A stretch of 63,812 nucleotides of DNA, filler included, from Octopus bimaculoides (Eukaryota): the NCBI RefSeq assembly GCF_001194135.2. It is 8 parts of 8 records of this genome, joined end to end, with 100 filler letters (N's around TTAATTAATTAA, not from the genome) between each part and the next. Parts side by side here need not be neighbours in the genome. Positions count along the whole stretch, not along the records: positions 52,325 to 61,553 come from NC_069007.1; positions 61,654 to 63,812 come from NW_026308963.1; 6 more parts are not named here. One strand, written 5' to 3'. A program made the translations under genes and the position numbers. The notes below the pieces were generated by a model. That model saw nothing but the letters and a program-made list of their open reading frames with translations. It had not been told where the DNA came from and did not search any database. This document shows, one piece after another, positions 61,105-63,812 of this stretch; the first letter of the stretch is position 1; each line of letters starts with the position of its first letter.

Positions 61105-62884
61105 TATGTCGTTAGAAAATTTCTGTATGAGTTGAAAAGTAAAGTTTTTCGCCACAGACGGATTAAATAACGGAGAAAAATCTTCCTTGAAAAATATTAC
61201 ACATTTCACACACACCTCTACCTCCCCTTTTCCCTCCTATTCTTGTCTCCTCTCTCTCCCAGTCCGCTCCAGTTTCCTCCCTCTACCACTCCCCTCCATT
61301 TCTGCACCTATCCCATTCCCCCTTCATCTAATGACGTGGAATCGATACCGACGGGCTAAGTAACGCACTGTCAAGCAGAAATATTCTAAGATACTACATC
61401 CATAAACACTTTTGTTTGTCGTCTAATTTTGGTTTCGAATATCATTATACTTGAAACAGTAACAAATTTAATATATAAATATTTATTTAACTTTACTTAC
61501 ATGGGCGTAACTTTACTTAAATGGGTGTCGTAACTATTTCCTCATTACACTTANNNNNNNNNNNNNNNNNNNNNNNNNNNNNNNNNNNNNNNNNNNNTTA
61601 ATTAATTAANNNNNNNNNNNNNNNNNNNNNNNNNNNNNNNNNNNNNNNNNNNNAGTGAAGTGAAAGCACGTTATAAAAATAAAACTACTAAACAATAATA
61701 ATATTGACATAACAAATAAATTCTTTAGGTGCATAATTTTTTGGCCCACATGTATATCACTTAAATGCATATGGGATAAGGGTTGGCAACAGAAAAAGCA
61801 TCTAACTGTAAAACATTGACTTAAGTCACCGGCCCAAACAAGTACCAGTATGGAAAAAAAAATCAAGTTTCAAACGAACACGTGTATATAAGTGTATATG
61901 TTGCTATAGGGTGGTACTCAGGCATTCAGTTTCGAGCGCATTGCATCTTAGAGCAGAAACAGCTGTAAGCTAATGAAGTGCATGTCATAATTTCCTTTGT
62001 CATTCTAATTTCGTAAGTATTACACAAGGGAAAGAGACACGTATGTATACTCTGCATACGTTTATATATGTATGTTATAAAGATATATAAACGTATGCAG
62101 AGTATACATACGTGTCTCTTTCCCTNNNNNNNNNNNNNNNNNNNNNNNNNNNNNNNNNNNNNNNNNNNNNNNNNNNNNNNNNNNNNNNNNNNNNNNNNNN
62201 NNNNNNNNNNNNNNNNNNNNNNNNNNNNNNNNNNNNNNNNNNNNNNNNNNNNNNNNNNNNNNNNNNNNNNNNNNNNNNNNNNNNNNNNNNNNNNNNNNNN
62301 NNNNNNNNNNNNNNNNNNNNNNNNNNNNNNNNNNNNNNNNNNNNNNNNNNNNNNNNNNNNNNNNNNNNNNNNNNNNNNNNNNNNNNNNNNNNNNNNNNNN
62401 NNNNNNNNNNNNNNNNNNNNNNNNNNNNNNNNNNNNNNNNNNNNNNNNNNNNNNNNNNNNNNNNNNNNNNNNNNNNNNNNNNNNNNNNNNNNNNNNNNNN
62501 NNNNNNNNNNNNNNNNNNNNNNNNNNNNNNNNNNNNNNNNNNNNNNNNNNNNNNNNNNNNNNNNNNNNNNNNNNNNNNNNNNNNNNNNNNNNNNNNNNNN
62601 NNNNNNNNNNNNNNNNNNNNNNNNNNNNNNNNNNNNNNNNNNNNNNNNNNNNNNNNNNNNNNNNNNNNNNNNNNNNNNNNNNNNNNNNNNNNNNNNNNNN
62701 NNNNNNNNNNNNNNNNNNNNNNNNNNNNNNNNNNNNNNNNNNNNNNNNNNNNNNNNNNNNNNNNNNNNNNNNNNNNNNNNNNNNNNNNNNNNNNNNNNNN
62801 NNNNNNNNNNNNNNNNNNNNNNNNNNNNNNNNNNNNNNNNNNNNNNNNNNNNNNNNNNNNNNNNNNNNNNNNNNNNNNNNNNNN

Positions 62885-62928
<44 letters not shown>

Positions 62929-63084
62929 TCCTCACCTATAAGACTCGTAAAAATCGGTTACCCGGTTTTCGTGGCATATTAAGTGAAGTGACCGAAATTA
63001 AATCATTACCCTTCAAACGGGACGCATGTGCGTTGCAGAGTTCAAGACAAGCAATATTGAAGTAAAGAGACAAGTCGAATACGT

Positions 63085-63228
63085 TGAACTTAGTATTTAG
63101 TTGGTACTGTATTTTCACCACATCGAAGGGATGAATTGCAAAGTTAACCGCGTTAGGATTTAAATTCAGAACATAACAAGTCGGATGAAATGCTTAAAAG
63201 CATTTTGTCGACAGATTCTGCCACCTCG
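63085..63228 (-). mobile_element. SINE family C (degenerate)
   Basis: Aligns with the 53520-53750 copy. Confidence 0.55.
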
Positions 63229-63521
63229 TCACATTGCGAGGGTAGAAAAACAGATCAGTACGATGGCAAAAATTCATGAGTAAAAACAAATACAACCACC
63301 TTCTGAACACATGAATAGCTTCTAGTTTTTAACACAGTGTAACGTATATGGATGCTAAGAATCATAATTTTTAAGCTAGGTACAGCGTACACAAACTGAG
63401 GACTGTACTAGAACAGTCGAATTTGCATGACACTGCAAGCGCATGCTGCGCGATTTAATTGTTAGTGCAATATATGGCATTTGCATACATACATACATGC
63501 GTACATACATACATATATGTG

Positions 63522-63566
<45 letters not shown>

Positions 63567-63778
63567 ATGTATGTGCATGTGTGTGTGTATGTATATATGT
63601 AATACACATATGTTTGTGTATATGAATATATGTACTTATATAAATATAAATATTCGGTAATATAAACTGTGGAATATGAATAATCAATAAATTTATGATG
63701 AGCGTATAATAGCAAATTCATTCATTATATTTTTTCTGTATGAGTGAATATATGTGTTATATGTATGCGTGCGTGCGG

Positions 63779-63812
<34 letters not shown>

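Overview
AT-rich, microsatellite- and transposon-saturated animal genomic DNA. The SINE/LINE repertoire and microsatellite load point to a coleoid cephalopod, most likely Octopus (inference). Seven N44-TTAATTAATTAA-N44 spacers show the window is a join of at least eight contigs. Two convergent host genes can be read. (1) The terminal coding exon of enkurin (ENKUR, + strand, 26771-27109). (2) A minus-strand spliced gene largely missed by the ORF track: two exons build a complete C-type lectin domain (41071-40912, 37881-37673), a terminal exon encodes a PAN/apple domain (33409-33171), all splice phases are compatible, and there is a probable 27-nt upstream microexon (58081-58055). The rest is degraded mobile DNA: Tc1 (DD34E), mariner, rosa/DD41D-like, piggyBac, hAT, Tigger-like and Helentron-like elements; R4/Dong, CR1, RTE and Penelope-like retroelements; and at least four tRNA-derived SINE families. 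The most notable non-coding signals are (a) Penelope-associated type I hammerhead ribozyme motifs with palindromic stem III, one lying sense in the lectin-gene intron about 140 nt upstream of a splice acceptor; (b) a covarying 3' stem-loop shared by a SINE and a CR1 LINE; and (c) two R4/Dong subfamilies associated with different microsatellites.
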